A stretch of DNA of 64,000 bases, taken from positions 3,337 through 67,336 of the forward strand of contig CAWHKQ010000011.1 of the NCBI GenBank assembly GCA_963829925.1. Direction: 5' to 3'. Below are positions 1 through 13,405 of the stretch, piece by piece. The notes below the pieces were generated by a model, which was given only the letters and a program-made list of their open reading frames with translations, had not been told where the DNA came from and did no database searches. The position numbers and the translations under genes are program-made. How positions within the stretch are numbered: position 1 is the first letter of the stretch; every line of letters starts with the position of its first letter. The stretch comes from an uncultured Acidobacteriota bacterium (lineage in GTDB: Bacteria; Acidobacteriota; Thermoanaerobaculia; UBA5066; Gp7-AA6).

Positions 1-275
1 TCGTCGAGCAGACGGCGGGCCTCTCCGAAGTCGTGGGCCTCGAGGTGCAGGCGCGCGACGAGCACCGGGTCGTCGCCGTCGAGGGCGTACGGCCGCGCCT
101 CGTCGACGCGGCCGGCGGCGATCAGAATTCGCGCCAGCGAGGCCGCCGCGGAGGCCCGGTCCTGTCTCTCGAGGGTCTCGGCCAGGCGGAAGAGCATGTC
201 CGCCTCCGGCATCAGTCCCGCCGACTCGCAGTGGCGCGCCGCGGCGCGCGCCCGCTGCGCCGGCGATTCCGTCAC
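1..275 (-). CDS. Hypothetical helical/TPR-like protein, N-terminal part (runs off the window edge)
   Basis: Manual translation from GTG at 275: MTESPAQRARAAARHCESAGLMPEADMLFRLAETLERQDRASAAASLARILIAAGRVDEA... It is open to base 1 and lies just downstream of DUF1028 on the same strand. Confidence 0.5.
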   Translation of the reverse strand, partial: MTESPAQRARAAARHCESAGLMPEADMLFRLAETLERQDRASAAASLARILIAAGRVDEARPYALDGDDPVLVARLHLEAHDFGEARRLLD

Positions 276-306
276 GGCAGCGGCCCCTCTTTTTCCCGAA
301 TGAGCT

Positions 307-1221
307 TCAGAAGGGTGCGGTCGATCTTTCCGTCCTGCCGGATGCGCGTGTCGTAGTTCTCCCAGCCCATGTAGTCGGCCAGGGCCTTCGTCCAGGCGTC
401 GTCCCAGGCGCCCTCGGTCCGCCCGTCCTTCCGAAATCCCTTCGCGACCAGGAGCTTCTGCAGATAACGGGCGTCCTCTCCCGCAGATCGGGATCACGTC
501 CTTCGGATCGCTCCGCTCGAAGTGGATCTTCTGCAGCTCGTACAGGCGGAAGATCTCGGCGATCGGGTCCTTGGCGTCGTAGACGGAGATGTCGACGTAC
601 GCGTCGCTCTTCCCGTCGTAGGAAGCCCCCGCGCGCACGACGACCAGGGCGGCGGACTGCCGGCCCCGCTTGTCCCCGCCGGCCTCGGCGCCCGCCCGGA
701 TCGACGCGAGCAGCCGCTCGGCGAGCGGCCCTTTCGTTTGCAGGAACGTCTTCTCCATCGCGGCCACGGTCTCCTCCGACACCAGGACGTTGCCCTGGAT
801 GGCGTAGTCGGGCCCCGTCCGCCCGCCGGCCCAGGGGAAGCAGGCCTCTCCCGTGAAGGTCGCCGAGCGGCCGCGGGCGTCGACGACGCCGACCTGGCGC
901 TGCGAAAGCTCCGGGTCGTCCCGGCCGATGATCGTCAGGACCTCCTCCGGCGTGGCGCCGAGCGCCAGCAGCTGCAGGCCCTTCGTCCCGAACTCGGAGT
1001 TGATGTACGACTGGGTGGCCACGGCCCCGACTCCCGCCTTCGCCCACGGCACCGCCGCGCGCACGTTCGGAAACTTCGACTGGACCGCGACTCCGAGGTC
1101 TCCGTTGGCCGGGTCCCGGGCGGCGATCGAAAAGGTCGAAACGCGCGGAGGCGGAGTCGTGAGCCGTGAGCCGTCGGCCGTCGAGCCGAAAGAGCGCCAG
1201 GGAGAGAAGCACGAGGGTCAT
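307..1221 (-). CDS. DUF1028 family protein (Ntn-hydrolase-like) with a C-terminal putative peptidoglycan-binding domain; frameshifted
   Basis: Manual minus-strand translation gives TFSIAARDPANGDLGVAVQSKFPNVRAAVPWAKAGVGAVATQS...GGDKRGRQSAAL, preceded by a signal-peptide-like MTLVLLSLAL. Indels near 1145 and 480. Confidence 0.85.
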   Translation of the reverse strand: MTLVLLSLALFRLDGRRLTAHDSASARFDLFDRRPGPGQRRPRSRGPVEVSERARGGAVGEGGSRGRGHPVVHQLRVRDEGPAAAGARRHAGGGPDDHRPGRPGAFAAPGRRRRRPRPLGDLHGRGLLPLGRRADGARLRHPGQRPGVGGDRGRDGEDVPANERAARRAAARVDPGGRRGRRGQAGPAVRRPGRRARGGFLRREERRVRRHLRLRRQGPDRRDLPPVRAAEDPLRAERSEGRDPDLRERTPVICRSSWSRRDFGRTGGPRAPGTTPGRRPWPTTWAGRTTTRASGRTERSTAPF

Positions 1222-1317
1222 TCGCGGAGCCTCCCGTCGTCCGGATTGTACGGGAGGGCCTCCGCTTCGGGCTCGACGGCTTGCGGTTCGCGCTCTTGTG
1301 CTAACTTCCCCTTCCCG

Positions 1318-2435
1318 ATGGCCGCCCCCGTCGCCGCGCCCGCCGCATTGAAGCGGACCCCGCTGTACGACTTGCACCGCGAGCTCGGAGCGAAGATGGT
1401 CGACTTCGGCGGCTGGGACATGCCCGTCCAGTACTCCGGCATTCTCGAGGAGCATCGCGCCGTGCGCGAGCGCGTCGGCCTCTTCGACGTGTCGCACATG
1501 GGCGAGCTCGAGGTGACGGGCCCCGGCGCTTTCGCGAGCCTGCAGGGGCTGACGCCGAACGACGTCGGCAAGCTCGCCGACGGGCGGATCCAGTATTCGG
1601 CGTTCCTGACGGAGAAGGGCACGTTCGTCGACGACCTGCTGGTCTACCGGCGCGCCGCGGACTCCTACCTCGTCGTGGTCAACGCCTCGAACACGCCGAA
1701 AGACTTCGCCTGGGCGACCGGCCGCGCGGAGGGGGACGTCCGGATCGAGGACCGGAGCGCGTCCTATGCTCTGATCGCCGTGCAGGGGCCCCGGTCCGCG
1801 GCTCTGCTCTCGCGGCTCTGCGCTCCGGACCCCTCCGACCTTCCTTACTACGGGTTTCGCGACACGCAGGTCGCGGGCTCGCCGGCCCTCGTCTCCCGCA
1901 CGGGTTACACGGGCGAGGACGGTTTCGAGATCTACTGCCGTCCGGAGGACGCCGAGCGGCTCTTCCGCAAGCTGCTCGAGGAGGGCAAGCCCGAGGGCGT
2001 GGCGCCCTGCGGCCTCGGAGCGCGGGACACCCTGCGGCTGGAAGCGAAGATGGCGCTCTACGGAAACGACATCGACGAGACGGTCACGGCCTGGGAGGCG
2101 ATCTCGGCTGGATCGTCAAGATCGCCAAGGGAGACTTCCTCGGCCGGGATGCCCTCGTCGCGCAGAAGCAGGCCGGCGTGCCGCGCAAGCTCGTGGGCTT
2201 CGAGATGATCGACCGCGGCATCGCGCGCCACGGGTACGCGGCGAAAACCGCCGCGGGCGACGGTGTCGTGACTTCGGGCACGCATTCGCCGACCCTCGGC
2301 AAGCCGATCGGCCTGGCGCTGCTGCCGGCGGGCGCGACGGCGATGGGAACCGACTTTCAGGTCGACATCCGTGGGCGCGGCGCCGCCGCGCGCGTCGTGG
2401 CGACCCCGTTCTACAAGAGGAGTGACTCGAAATGA
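1318..2435 (+). CDS. gcvT: Glycine cleavage system T protein (aminomethyltransferase); one frameshift near 2098
   Basis: LKRTPLYDLH, GLFDVSHMGE, SRTGYTGEDGFE, GLGARDTLRLEA and the C-terminal PFYKR, split across ORFs 853-2208 and 2178-2435. Confidence 0.95.
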
Positions 2436-2830
2436 GCAGTGCGAATCCCGAAGAGCTGCGCTACGCCGACAGCCACGAGTGGGTCCGGGTGGACGGGGAG
2501 ATCGGCACGATCGGAATCACCGACCACGCCCAGAAGCAGCTCGGGGAGATCGTCTACCTCGAGCTGCCCGAGGTCGGGCACGGCTACAACGCCGGCGACG
2601 AGTTCGGCACCGTCGGAGTCGGTCAAGGCCGTCTCGGAGCTGTACACGCCGGTTTCGGCGAGGTCGTCGAGATCAACAAGGCGGCCGTGGCCGAGCCGGG
2701 GATCATCAACGACGACCCGTTCGGAGACGGCTGGCTCATCAAGCTCAAGCTGTCGACCGACGACGCGGCCAGGCTCATGTCGGCCGACGAGTACGCCGCC
2801 TACGTGAAGGCGGAAGAGCAGGAAAAGTGA
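2432..2830 (+). CDS. gcvH: Glycine cleavage system H protein; internal compensated frameshift
   Basis: LRYADSHEWV and GITDHAQKQLGEIVYLELP; the lipoyl motif ESVKAVSELYTP lies in the alternate frame; NDDPFGDGWL. ATGA overlap with gcvT. Confidence 0.95.
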   Translation: MSSANPEELRYADSHEWVRVDGEIGTIGITDHAQKQLGEIVYLELPEVGHGYNAGDEFGTVGVGQGRLGAVHAGFGEVVEINKAAVAEPGIINDDPFGDGWLIKLKLSTDDAARLMSADEYAAYVKAEEQEK

Positions 2831-4175
2831 AGTTCCTGCCGACCTCCGACGCCGAGCGCCGGGAGATGCTCGCCGCGATCGGGGTCTCCTCGGTCGACGA
2901 TCTCTTCGCGGCGGTCCCGGCCGCGGTCCGGCAGCCGCCCGACCTCCCGGCGCCGCTCTCCGAGATCGAGATCCGGCGTTTCCTCGGCGGCCTCGCGGGC
3001 CGCAACGCGAACGCCCGCGACACGGCCTTCTTCCTGGGCGGCGGCCTCTACAACCACTACGTCTCGGCGATCGCCGACCAGATGCTCTACCGCGCCGAGT
3101 GGCTGACGTCCTACACGCCGTACCAGCCGGAGGTCTCCCAGGGCACCCTCCAGTCGATCTTCGAGTTCCAGACCCACATCTGCCTGCTGACGGGCCTCGA
3201 GGTCGCCAACGCGTCGCTCTACGAGGGGGCCTCGGCGCTCGTCGAAGCGCTGCTGATGGCCGAGCGCCTCTCGCGGGGCCGGAAGCGCGCGGTCCTCTCG
3301 GCCGGGATCCACCCCGAGTACCGCGAGACGGTGCGGACCTACTTCGCCAACCTGGGCCTCGAGTCGTGGAGGTGCCGGTCGGGGACGACGGACGCACCGA
3401 CGCGGCGGCGCCTGGCCGCCGCCGTCGACGCGACGACCTTCGCCGTGGCCGTCCAGTCGCCCAACGTCTTCGGCATCGTCGAGGACTGGAAGACGGGCTC
3501 CAGCGCCGCCAAGGCGGCAGGGCGCCCTCTCGGTCGCCGTCGTCGCCGAGGCGGCGTCCCTGGCGCTGCTCTCGCCGCCGGGGGAGGGAGGAGCCGACAT
3601 CGCCTGCGGCGAGGCCCAGTCCCTCGGCGTGCCGATGCACAACGGCGGGCCGCTGCTGGGATTCCTGTCCTGCCGCACCGAGCACCAGCGCCAGATCCCC
3701 GGGCGCCTCGTCGGAGAGACCCGCGACGCGGAGGGCCGGCGCGCCTTCTGCCTGACGCTGTCGACGCGCGAGCAGCACATCCGCCGCGAGAAGGCGACCT
3801 CGAACATCTGCACGAACCAGGGCTTGATGGCGCTGGCCGTCGAACATCCACATGTCGCTGCTCGGAAAGAAAGGCCTCCGCGAGGTCGCGCTCGCAGAGC
3901 CACGCCAAGGCCGAGTACCTCAAGGGGGAGATCGCGAGGGTGCCGGGCTACCGGATCCCCTACGCCGCCCCGACCTTCAACGAGTTCGTGGTCGAGGCGC
4001 CCGAGGACGCCGGCCCGCTGCTGTCGCGGCTGGCCGGGCAGAAGATCCTGGCCGGTATCCCGCTTTCGCGCTGGGACGCGAAGGACGCGCGGCGGTTCCT
4101 CGTCGCCGTGACCGAGATGAACCAGAAGGGCGAGATGGATCGCCTCGTGGCGGCCCTCGCGGGAGGCCCGCGTGA
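2827..4175 (+). CDS. gcvPA: Glycine dehydrogenase subunit 1; frameshifted
   Basis: GTG start overlaps the gcvH stop. [30 protein letters not shown] and [18 protein letters not shown] motifs are spread across frames. Confidence 0.93.
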
Positions 4176-5777
4176 GCGTGGAGGTCGAAGAAAAGACGGC
4201 GGCGGCTTCGGACCGCCTTCGCCCGGAGCCGCGCGTGGAGCCGCTGGTGTTCGAGCGCTCGGGCGAGGGCAAGGTCGGCTATTCGCTTCCCCCGCTCGAC
4301 GTGCCGGAAACCGTCGCGATTCCGAAGGCGCTCCTGCGGGGCGAGGTCGCGGGGGAGACCGAGATCTCGGAGGTCGAGGTCGCGCGGCACTTCACGAGGC
4401 TTTCGCGCCTGAACTTTTCGATCGACCAGAACCTCTATCCCCTCGGCTCCTGCACGATGAAGCACAACCCGCGGACCAACGAGGAGATGGCGAGGCTGGC
4501 CGGATTTGCCGCTGTCCATCCGCTGGCTCCCGAGGAGGTGTCGCAGGGGTCGCTCGAGCTCGCGTGGCAGCTCGAGCGGGTCCTGGCGGAGCTGACCGGG
4601 CTCGCCCGGGTGACCCTCCAGCCTTCCGCCGGCGCCCAGGGGGAGCTGGCGGGGATCCTCATGGTCCGCAAGGCTCTCGAGAAGACGGGCCGGCCGCGCA
4701 CGACCGTGCTCATCCCCGACTCGGCGCACGGGACCAACCCGGCCTCGGCGCACTTCGCGGGCTACAAGGTCAAGGAGCTCAAGTCCAACGCGCGCGGCAC
4801 GATCGACCTCGGCGTTCTCGAGGCGGCGATGACCGAGGAGGTGGCCGCGCTGATGCTGACCGTCCCGAACACGCTCGGCATCTTCGAGGACCAGATCCTG
4901 GAGATCGCCCGGATCGTGCACGCCCGGGGCGGCTACCTCTACTGCGACGGCGCGAACTTCAACGCCTTCGTCGGGCGTCGCCAAGCCCGGCCTGATGGGC
5001 GTGGACGTGATGCACATGAATCTCCACAAGACCTTCTCGACGCCGCACGGCGGGGGAGGCCCTGGCTCGGGGCCCGTGGCGGTGTGCCCGGCTCTCGTGC
5101 CGCACCTGCCGCGGCCGACCGTCGAGCGGCGCGACGACGGCACCTTTTTCCTCGACTTCGACCGGCCCGACTCGATCGGGAGGCTCCGCACGTTCCTCGG
5201 CAACTACGGCATGTTCGTGCGGGCCCTCGCCTACATCGCCTCGTACGGGAACCGGATCGGCGAGGTGGCGCGGGGAGCCGTTCTCAACGCCAACTACATC
5301 CGGGCCGGGCTGACGCGGGGTCTACCACCTGAAGTACGATGACGCCCACGATGCACGAGGTCGTGTTCTCCGACAAGCTCCAGCAGGAGCACGGCGTGTC
5401 CAACATGGACATTGCCAAGCGGCTGATGGACTACGGGTTCCATCCGCCGACCGTCAGCTTCCCGCTCATCGTGCACGGCGCGCTGATGATCGAGCCGACC
5501 GAGACCGAGGGAAAGCCTGGACTCGACGCCTTCATCCGCGGCCATGCGCGAGATCGCCCGCGAAAGCGCCGAGACTCCCGACCTCGTCCTCAAGGCCCCG
5601 CACACGACGCCGGTCAAGCGCGTCGACGAGGTGGGCGCCGCCCGCAACCTCGTGCTGCGCTGGAAGCCGGCCGCGGGAGACGGGAAGCGGGTAGAGGGTC
5701 GACGGCCGATTCTCGCGTCTTCGTTTCCCGCCTTCCGTCTTCCGCCTCCCGGCCGCTCGCCCGTGAGATATTCTTAG
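4172..5777 (+). CDS. gcvPB: Glycine dehydrogenase subunit 2; frameshifted, 3' end uncertain (5694 or 5777)
   Basis: [43 protein letters not shown] (PLP lysine), [11 protein letters not shown] and [12 protein letters not shown]. Confidence 0.93.
5674..5751. repeat. Inverted pair of degenerate 7-bp-period arrays (CGGRARR-like)
   Basis: Left arm cgggaga-cgggaag-cgggtag-agggtcg. Reverse complement of the right arm: cgggagg-cggaaga-cggaagg-cgggaaa. Confidence 0.55.
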
Positions 5778-5792
5778 CCGCAGCCCGGCACT

Positions 5793-6068
5793 ATGAGCGA
5801 CGCCTTCCACCGCAAATGCCCGCTCTGCGGGGGCGAGATGCTCCGCTCGCGGTCGAACACGTCCGGATACACGTCGTATTTCTGGAAGAAGCCGTGGAAG
5901 ACCGGGCTCTTCTCCTGGGGAGTCGAGAAGGTCTTCCCGTGGGCCTGCATGGGGTGCGGCGTCGTCCTCTTCTACCTCGACCGGCTTCCGGCGGTCGCCG
6001 AGGAATACCGTTCCTCGCGCTCCGACGCCCGCGCGCCGGAGGGGTACCCGGCCACGATCAAGCCTTGA
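5793..6068 (+). CDS. Small Zn-ribbon-like protein (CPLC...CMGC)
   Basis: 91 aa ORF with two CxxC motifs; its stop overlaps the TTG start of the DAK2-DegV gene. Confidence 0.7.
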   Translation: MSDAFHRKCPLCGGEMLRSRSNTSGYTSYFWKKPWKTGLFSWGVEKVFPWACMGCGVVLFYLDRLPAVAEEYRSSRSDARAPEGYPATIKP

Positions 6069-7876
6069 TCGCGATCTGCTACCTGGACGGCAACCGCCTG
6101 TCGCGGGCCGTGATCGCCGGCGCCCACTTCGTCGCCGAGCGGGCCGAGGCCGCTCAACAAGATCAACGTCTTTCCCGTTGCCGACGGCGACACCGGGACC
6201 AACGTCGCCGGCACGCTGCAGAAAATCGCCGCGGGCATCTCGCGCGTGCGGCAACGCCACATCCGGCGAGATGTCGAAGGCGCTCGCCGACCAGGCGATC
6301 GGCGGCGCGCGCGGCAACTCCGGCGCGATCCTGGCGCAGTTCTTCTGCGGGTTCTCCGAGGGACTTCCCGACTCTCCGCGCGTTTCGACGCGCGCCTTCG
6401 GAACGGCCGTCGTTCGGGCGGCCGAGTCGGCGTACAGCGCCATTGCGCGGCCGGTCGAGGGGACGATCCTGACGGTCATCCGCGACTGGGCGCGGCACGT
6501 GGCCGACCGGGCCGAGGAGTGCCGCGACTTCGGCGTGCTCCTGCCCGAGTCGCTCAAGGCCGCGAAAGCGCTCGCTCGAGAACACGCCCAAGCAGATGAA
6601 GGCTCCTCGCAGAAGGCGGGCGTCGTGGACGCCGGCGCCCAGGGCTTCGTCTATCTGCTCGAGGGCATCGTCAAGTACCTCCGGGAGGCGGCGCGGCTGG
6701 CGCCGCCGCCCGTCGAGGTCCGGGAGGACGTCCGCGCCGCGGTCTTCGACCGGACGCCGGACGTCGATTCTCTTCCGCTACTGCACCGAGGTCCTCCTCG
6801 AAGGCGACGCGATCGACCGCGACGCGCTGCGGCGCGAGGCGGCGCTGCTGGGCGATTCGATCGTGATCGCCGGAGGCGCGGCGCGCGATGCGGCTCCACG
6901 TGCACACCAACGAGCCCGAGAAGCTCTTCGCGATGGCCGCGCGGTTCGCGCGACGTCGCGCAGACCAAGGTCGAGGACATGCGCGCGCAGCACGAGTCGC
7001 GCTTCGACAAGAACCGCGCGGAGCGGGTCGGCATCGTGACGGATTCGACCTGCGACCTGCCCGGACTCGCATGCTCGAGGAGCTGGGCATCGGCGTCGTG
7101 CCCGTCCGGGTCTACTTCGGCTCCGAGAACTACCTCGACAAGGTCACGCTCACGCCGTCCGAGTTCTACGCGCGCTTCGCGGTGACCGACGAGGCCCCGA
7201 AGACCTCGCAGCCGCCGCCGGCGGACTTCACTCAGGTCTACGAGAACGTCGCGGCGCACGCGGGCTCGATCGTCTCCGTGCACCTGTCTTCGGCGGTCTC
7301 GGGGACCTACCAGGCGGCCTCGGTCGGCGCGCGGCCGGTACGAGAAGACGACGATCGAGCACGTCGACAGCCGCAACGTCTCGGTCGGCCTCGGCCTGGT
7401 CGTGCGGGCCGCCGCCGAAGCCGCCGCGTCGGGCAAGGGCCCGGACGAGGTGGCGGCGTATCGCGCGCGAAGCCGCCGGCGCGCGTGCGCACTTTCATCG
7501 CGGTGCCGACTCTCAAGCACCTGGTGCGCGGCGGCCGCGTGTCGCCGCTGCAAGCGGGCTCATCGCGAAGCTGCTGGGTCTGCTGCCGGTCCTGACGATC
7601 TCTTCGGAGGGGAAGGCGGAGCCGGCCGCGAAGGCCCGGGGCTACGACGCGGCTCGCCGGAAAATGATGAAGCTGCTCTTCGAGGCTGCGGGAGAGGGCG
7701 TGGCGACCTCGCGCCGCTTCGGCGTGGCGCACTGCGACGCGGAGGACCGGGCCGAGGAGGTCGCGCGCGAGATCCGGGAACGCTACCCGGAGACCGACGT
7801 GATGATCGTCGAGTGCGGCCCCGCGCTCGGCGCGCACGGCGGGCCCGGGGCGCTGGCGGTGGCGGTACTTCCGTAG
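6065..7876 (+). CDS. DAK2 domain-DegV domain fusion (fatty acid kinase FakA/FakB-like); frameshifted
   Basis: N-terminal [49 protein letters not shown]-terminal DegV motifs [44 protein letters not shown]. Confidence 0.88.
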
Positions 7877-7877
7877 C

Positions 7878-8098
7878 CGTCGCCTACCGTCGCCTCCGCT
7901 CGTACGGGATCTGCCGCCTTCGGCGGCACCGGCCCGCGGCTCGCCTGTGGGCTCGACCGCGGGCCTGGTCCCTCCCTCGCTGCGGCTCCCGCGGCGCGAG
8001 GCGTCCTCCGCTGCGCTGGCGGAGATAAACGCCGTGCGTCGCGCGACGTTGCCTACGGCCGGGGGTCTGCCTTCGGTGGTCGGCTGCCTCGCGCCGCG
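7878..8098 (+). repeat. Structured intergenic repeat, copy A (multi-hairpin, REP/MITE-like)
   Basis: Near-identical to 21794-21939 and to the reverse complement of 22024-22176. Hairpins tgccgcc-ttc-ggcggca and ggcccgcgg...ccgcgggcc, and a terminal stem cgcggcgcgaggc...gcctcgcgccgcg. Confidence 0.85.
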
Positions 8099-8135
8099 TA
8101 CAGAATCGCCAGAATGGCGCGCGAGTCTCTTTGCC

Positions 8136-8175
8136 TGTCATCCCGAGCCCGAGCGGAGCGAGGGAGAGGGATCCC
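8136..8175 (+). repeat. Single arm of a CGTC/TGTC-type palindromic repeat
   Basis: tgtcatcccgagcccgagcggagcgagggagagggatccc matches the left arm of 48614-48707. Confidence 0.65.
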
Positions 8176-8213
8176 GGACTCGACTCGTGAAACCCCCTCA
8201 GGCTCCTCGCCTG

Positions 8214-10327
<2,114 letters not shown>

Positions 10328-10468
10328 GGTGACTTGATTCTAAGCCGCGGCGGAAGCCCGGCTTCGCGGTTGACGGCTCAGGGTTTACGTCATAGATTGC
10401 CGGACTAGCGTGCGAAGCTTCCATCCCGCCTTGAGCATTCCGCGGCGAAAACTTGAGGGAGGAGAATC

Positions 10469-11786
10469 GTGAGACAGCGACTTCGCGTCCCCGTTCCGCG
10501 GGTCTTTCTCGTCCTGGCGATCGTGGGGTTCCTTTCCAGCGATCCGGCGCTGTCCTCCGGCTTCCAGGTCATGACGCACGGCGCGCGGGCGACGGGCATG
10601 GGCCTGGCGTACGCGGGCATCGGCGGAGACCCGACGGCGATCTTCTACAACCCGGCCGGCATCGGGTGGATGACGCACTTCGAGACGTACATCGGCGCGA
10701 ACTTCCTGACGCGCACCGACGGCGGCGTCGTGGGCGCCAATCCGTTCCCGGGCGAGGGCGCCACCGCGAACATCGACAAGCAGTGGTTTTTCGTCCCCGA
10801 CGGGTACGCGGTGCTGCCCCTGACCAACGAGCTGAACTTCGGGATCGGCGGCTTCGCGCACTACGGACTCGGCCTGCGCTGGGAGGACCCGGAGAACGCG
10901 CCGACCCGGTTCGTGTCGCAGAACGCCGTGATCCGGTCCCTCGACGTCAACCCGGTCTTCTCGTACCGGCTCTTTCCGCAGCTCTCGATCGCCGTGGGCG
11001 CCGACTACCGGTTCTCCAAGGTGCAGCTCGAGCGCAACCAGGCTCTCTTCGACCCGTTCACGCAGTCCTTCCAGGACGTGGCCCACATCAAGCTCAACAG
11101 CGACCTGCTCTCCAACGGCGGATGGGGCTGGAACGCCGGCATCATGTTCAAGCCGGTCGAGGGGCTGTCGATTGGAGCCGCCTACCGCTCCAGCATCACG
11201 ATCGACTACGAGGGCGAGGCCACCTTCACCCAGAGGCCGACGGGCAACCCCATCATCGACGCGCAGGTCGTCGCCTCGCTGCCGACCGGCAACCCGCCCG
11301 TCGAGACGCGCATCAAGTTCCCCTCGAGCGTGAACATCGGCGCCGGCATCCAGCTCGCCGGCCGGCTTCCTCCTCGGGCTCGAGGCCGACTGGACGGAAT
11401 GGTCGACCTTCGATGAGCTGAACATCATCTTTCCGACGCTCACCGGCCGCGACCTCGACCGCATCACGGCCTGGGAAGACTCCTGGGCCTATCGCGTGGG
11501 CCTGGAGAAGGCCTTCGGCGAGTTTGCCATCCGGGTCGGCTACTACTACGACAACACGCCGCAGCCCGACTTCGACGTCGGCCCGCTCCTGTCCGACAAC
11601 GACCGCAACGTCTACACGGCGGGGTTCGGCTACAACACCGAGGCGTTCGGCTTCGACGTGGGAGCGGCTCTCATCAAGTTCAAGGAACGCACCATCGCGC
11701 CGCCCACGCCGCAGACGGACAACTTTTTCGGGACCTACTCGGAGACCGGCCTGGTTCTGAGCGCGGGCCTCCGGATTGCCCTTTAG
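10469..11786 (+). CDS. OmpP1/FadL/TodX family outer-membrane long-chain fatty acid channel; one frameshift near 11370
   Basis: Signal peptide, SGFQVMTHGARATGMGLA, DPTAIFYNPAGI, and amphipathic beta-strands to the C-terminus (VLSAGLRIAL). Confidence 0.88.
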
Positions 11787-11800
11787 GGCGGAGGGAAGCC

Positions 11801-13308
11801 ATGACGAAGATCACGCTTCGCTCGATCGTTCTCGGCGCCGCGCTGGCGCTCGGTCTCGCGGCGCCCGCCGCCGCTCAATTCGGCAAGTACGTCGCGCTCG
11901 GCGACAGCCTCACGGCCGGAGTCGAGGGCAACTGCGTCGTCGAGCGCAACCAGCGGGCGTCCTTCCCGGCCGTCATCGCGGAGCAGATCGGCATCGACGA
12001 TTTCCAGCAGCCCCTGGTGCAGGAGGTGCCGCTTTCGAGCCCCCTGACGGGCAGCCCGTGTCTGGGCGCCGTGTTCATTCCTCCGTCGACCATCACCGTC
12101 GGCGCCGTTTCCCAGCAGGGCGCTCCGCTGAACCTGTCGCTGCCCCGGCCCTACGACAATCTGGGGCTTCCCGGCGCGCGCGTGCGGGACCTCGTCGACC
12201 TGAGGCACGGCAATCCCGGCGGCACGACCGTCGAAATGAGCGCGGCCCTCGTGCTCCGCAACGTCCCGGGCTCGCCCTTCGACGGGACCAACGCGGTGGA
12301 GCAGGCCAACATCCTCCAGCCGGACCTCGTGACCCTGTGGATCGGCAATAACGACGTCCTCGGCGCGGCGCTCGCCGGCGTGGTCGTGGACGGCGTGACG
12401 CTGACCCCGGTGGCGGCGTTCACCGCAGAAGTACGACGAGGTCATGGCCGCGATGGCGGTCGGCGGCCGGACGATCGTCGGGGCCAACATCCCGGACGTC
12501 ACGGCGATCCCCTTCACGACGACGATTCCCGGGATCCTGATCAACCCGGCGACCCGGCAGCCCGTGATCATCAACGGAAACACGGTGCCGCTGCTCGGCG
12601 AGGGCAACGACGCGTATCCGTGCGAGCCGGTCCCGCCGGATCATGGCTGTCCCCTTCCCGCCGGAACGCTCGTGACGCTGCCGGCCTCGGCGCTCCTGGC
12701 GCAGGGGATCGGCGTGCCGGTCGCCGCCGGCGGCACGGGCCAGCCTCTCCCGGACGGCCGCTTCGTCCCCCCGGCCATGCTGGTATCCGGCGTGACGCTC
12801 TATCCGAACGAAGTCGCGGCGATCGTGACGCGCACCGACGAGATCAACGCCGTCATCGCGGCCGAGATCGGGGATCCGCTCGTCGACATCCATGCGTTCT
12901 TCGAGGACATCAAGGCCCACGGCTACCACGTCGGGGGGCTGACGCTGACCCCTTCGTTTTTGACCGGCGGCATCTTCTCCGCCGACGGGTTCCATGCCGT
13001 CGTCGATCGGGTACACGGTGATCGCCGACGAGTTCATCAAGGAGATGAACGACTCGCTCGCGACCGACATCCCGCGCCCGGATTTCTCCCACGTCCTCTT
13101 CACGCCCAACGTGCCCGTCTCCGTGCCCGCCACGGTCCCTCTGACCGACGGCGGGATCTGGGGCTACGGAATTTCGATGTGGAAAGACCTGCTCTCGGAC
13201 GTGACCCCGGCCTGGGGCCTGGTCATTCAGTACCCGGAGACCGTCCGGGCGACGCCCCGCGAGGGTGCAAGAGGGACCCGGACCGTGACCCGGGGCGAAG
13301 GGGACTGA
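11801..13308 (+). CDS. Secreted SGNH/GDSL hydrolase (lipase-like); frameshifted
   Basis: Signal peptide; block I ALGDSLTAG, block III WIGNND, block V DGFHP (across a frameshift). Confidence 0.85.
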
Positions 13309-13329
13309 CGCCCGACCGCGCGATTTGAG

Positions 13330-13359
13330 AGCCCCGGGCTGCCCCCGGGGCTTTTTGTT
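13330..13359 (+). terminator. Rho-independent terminator after the FadL-SGNH operon
   Basis: agccccggg-ctgcc-cccggggct followed by a T-tract. Confidence 0.8.
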
Positions 13360-13405
13360 CCTACCGGCTTCTGCTAGATTTCGCCGTCTTTTCGGGGGAT
13401 GCACC

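Noticed and set aside
1222-1317. Glycine riboswitch upstream of gcvT
   Set aside because: The region is only ~95 bp, is shared with the divergent DUF1028 gene, and lacks the GGAGA/CCGAAG/CTCTCAGG aptamer motifs; a -10 box sits 10 nt from the ATG.
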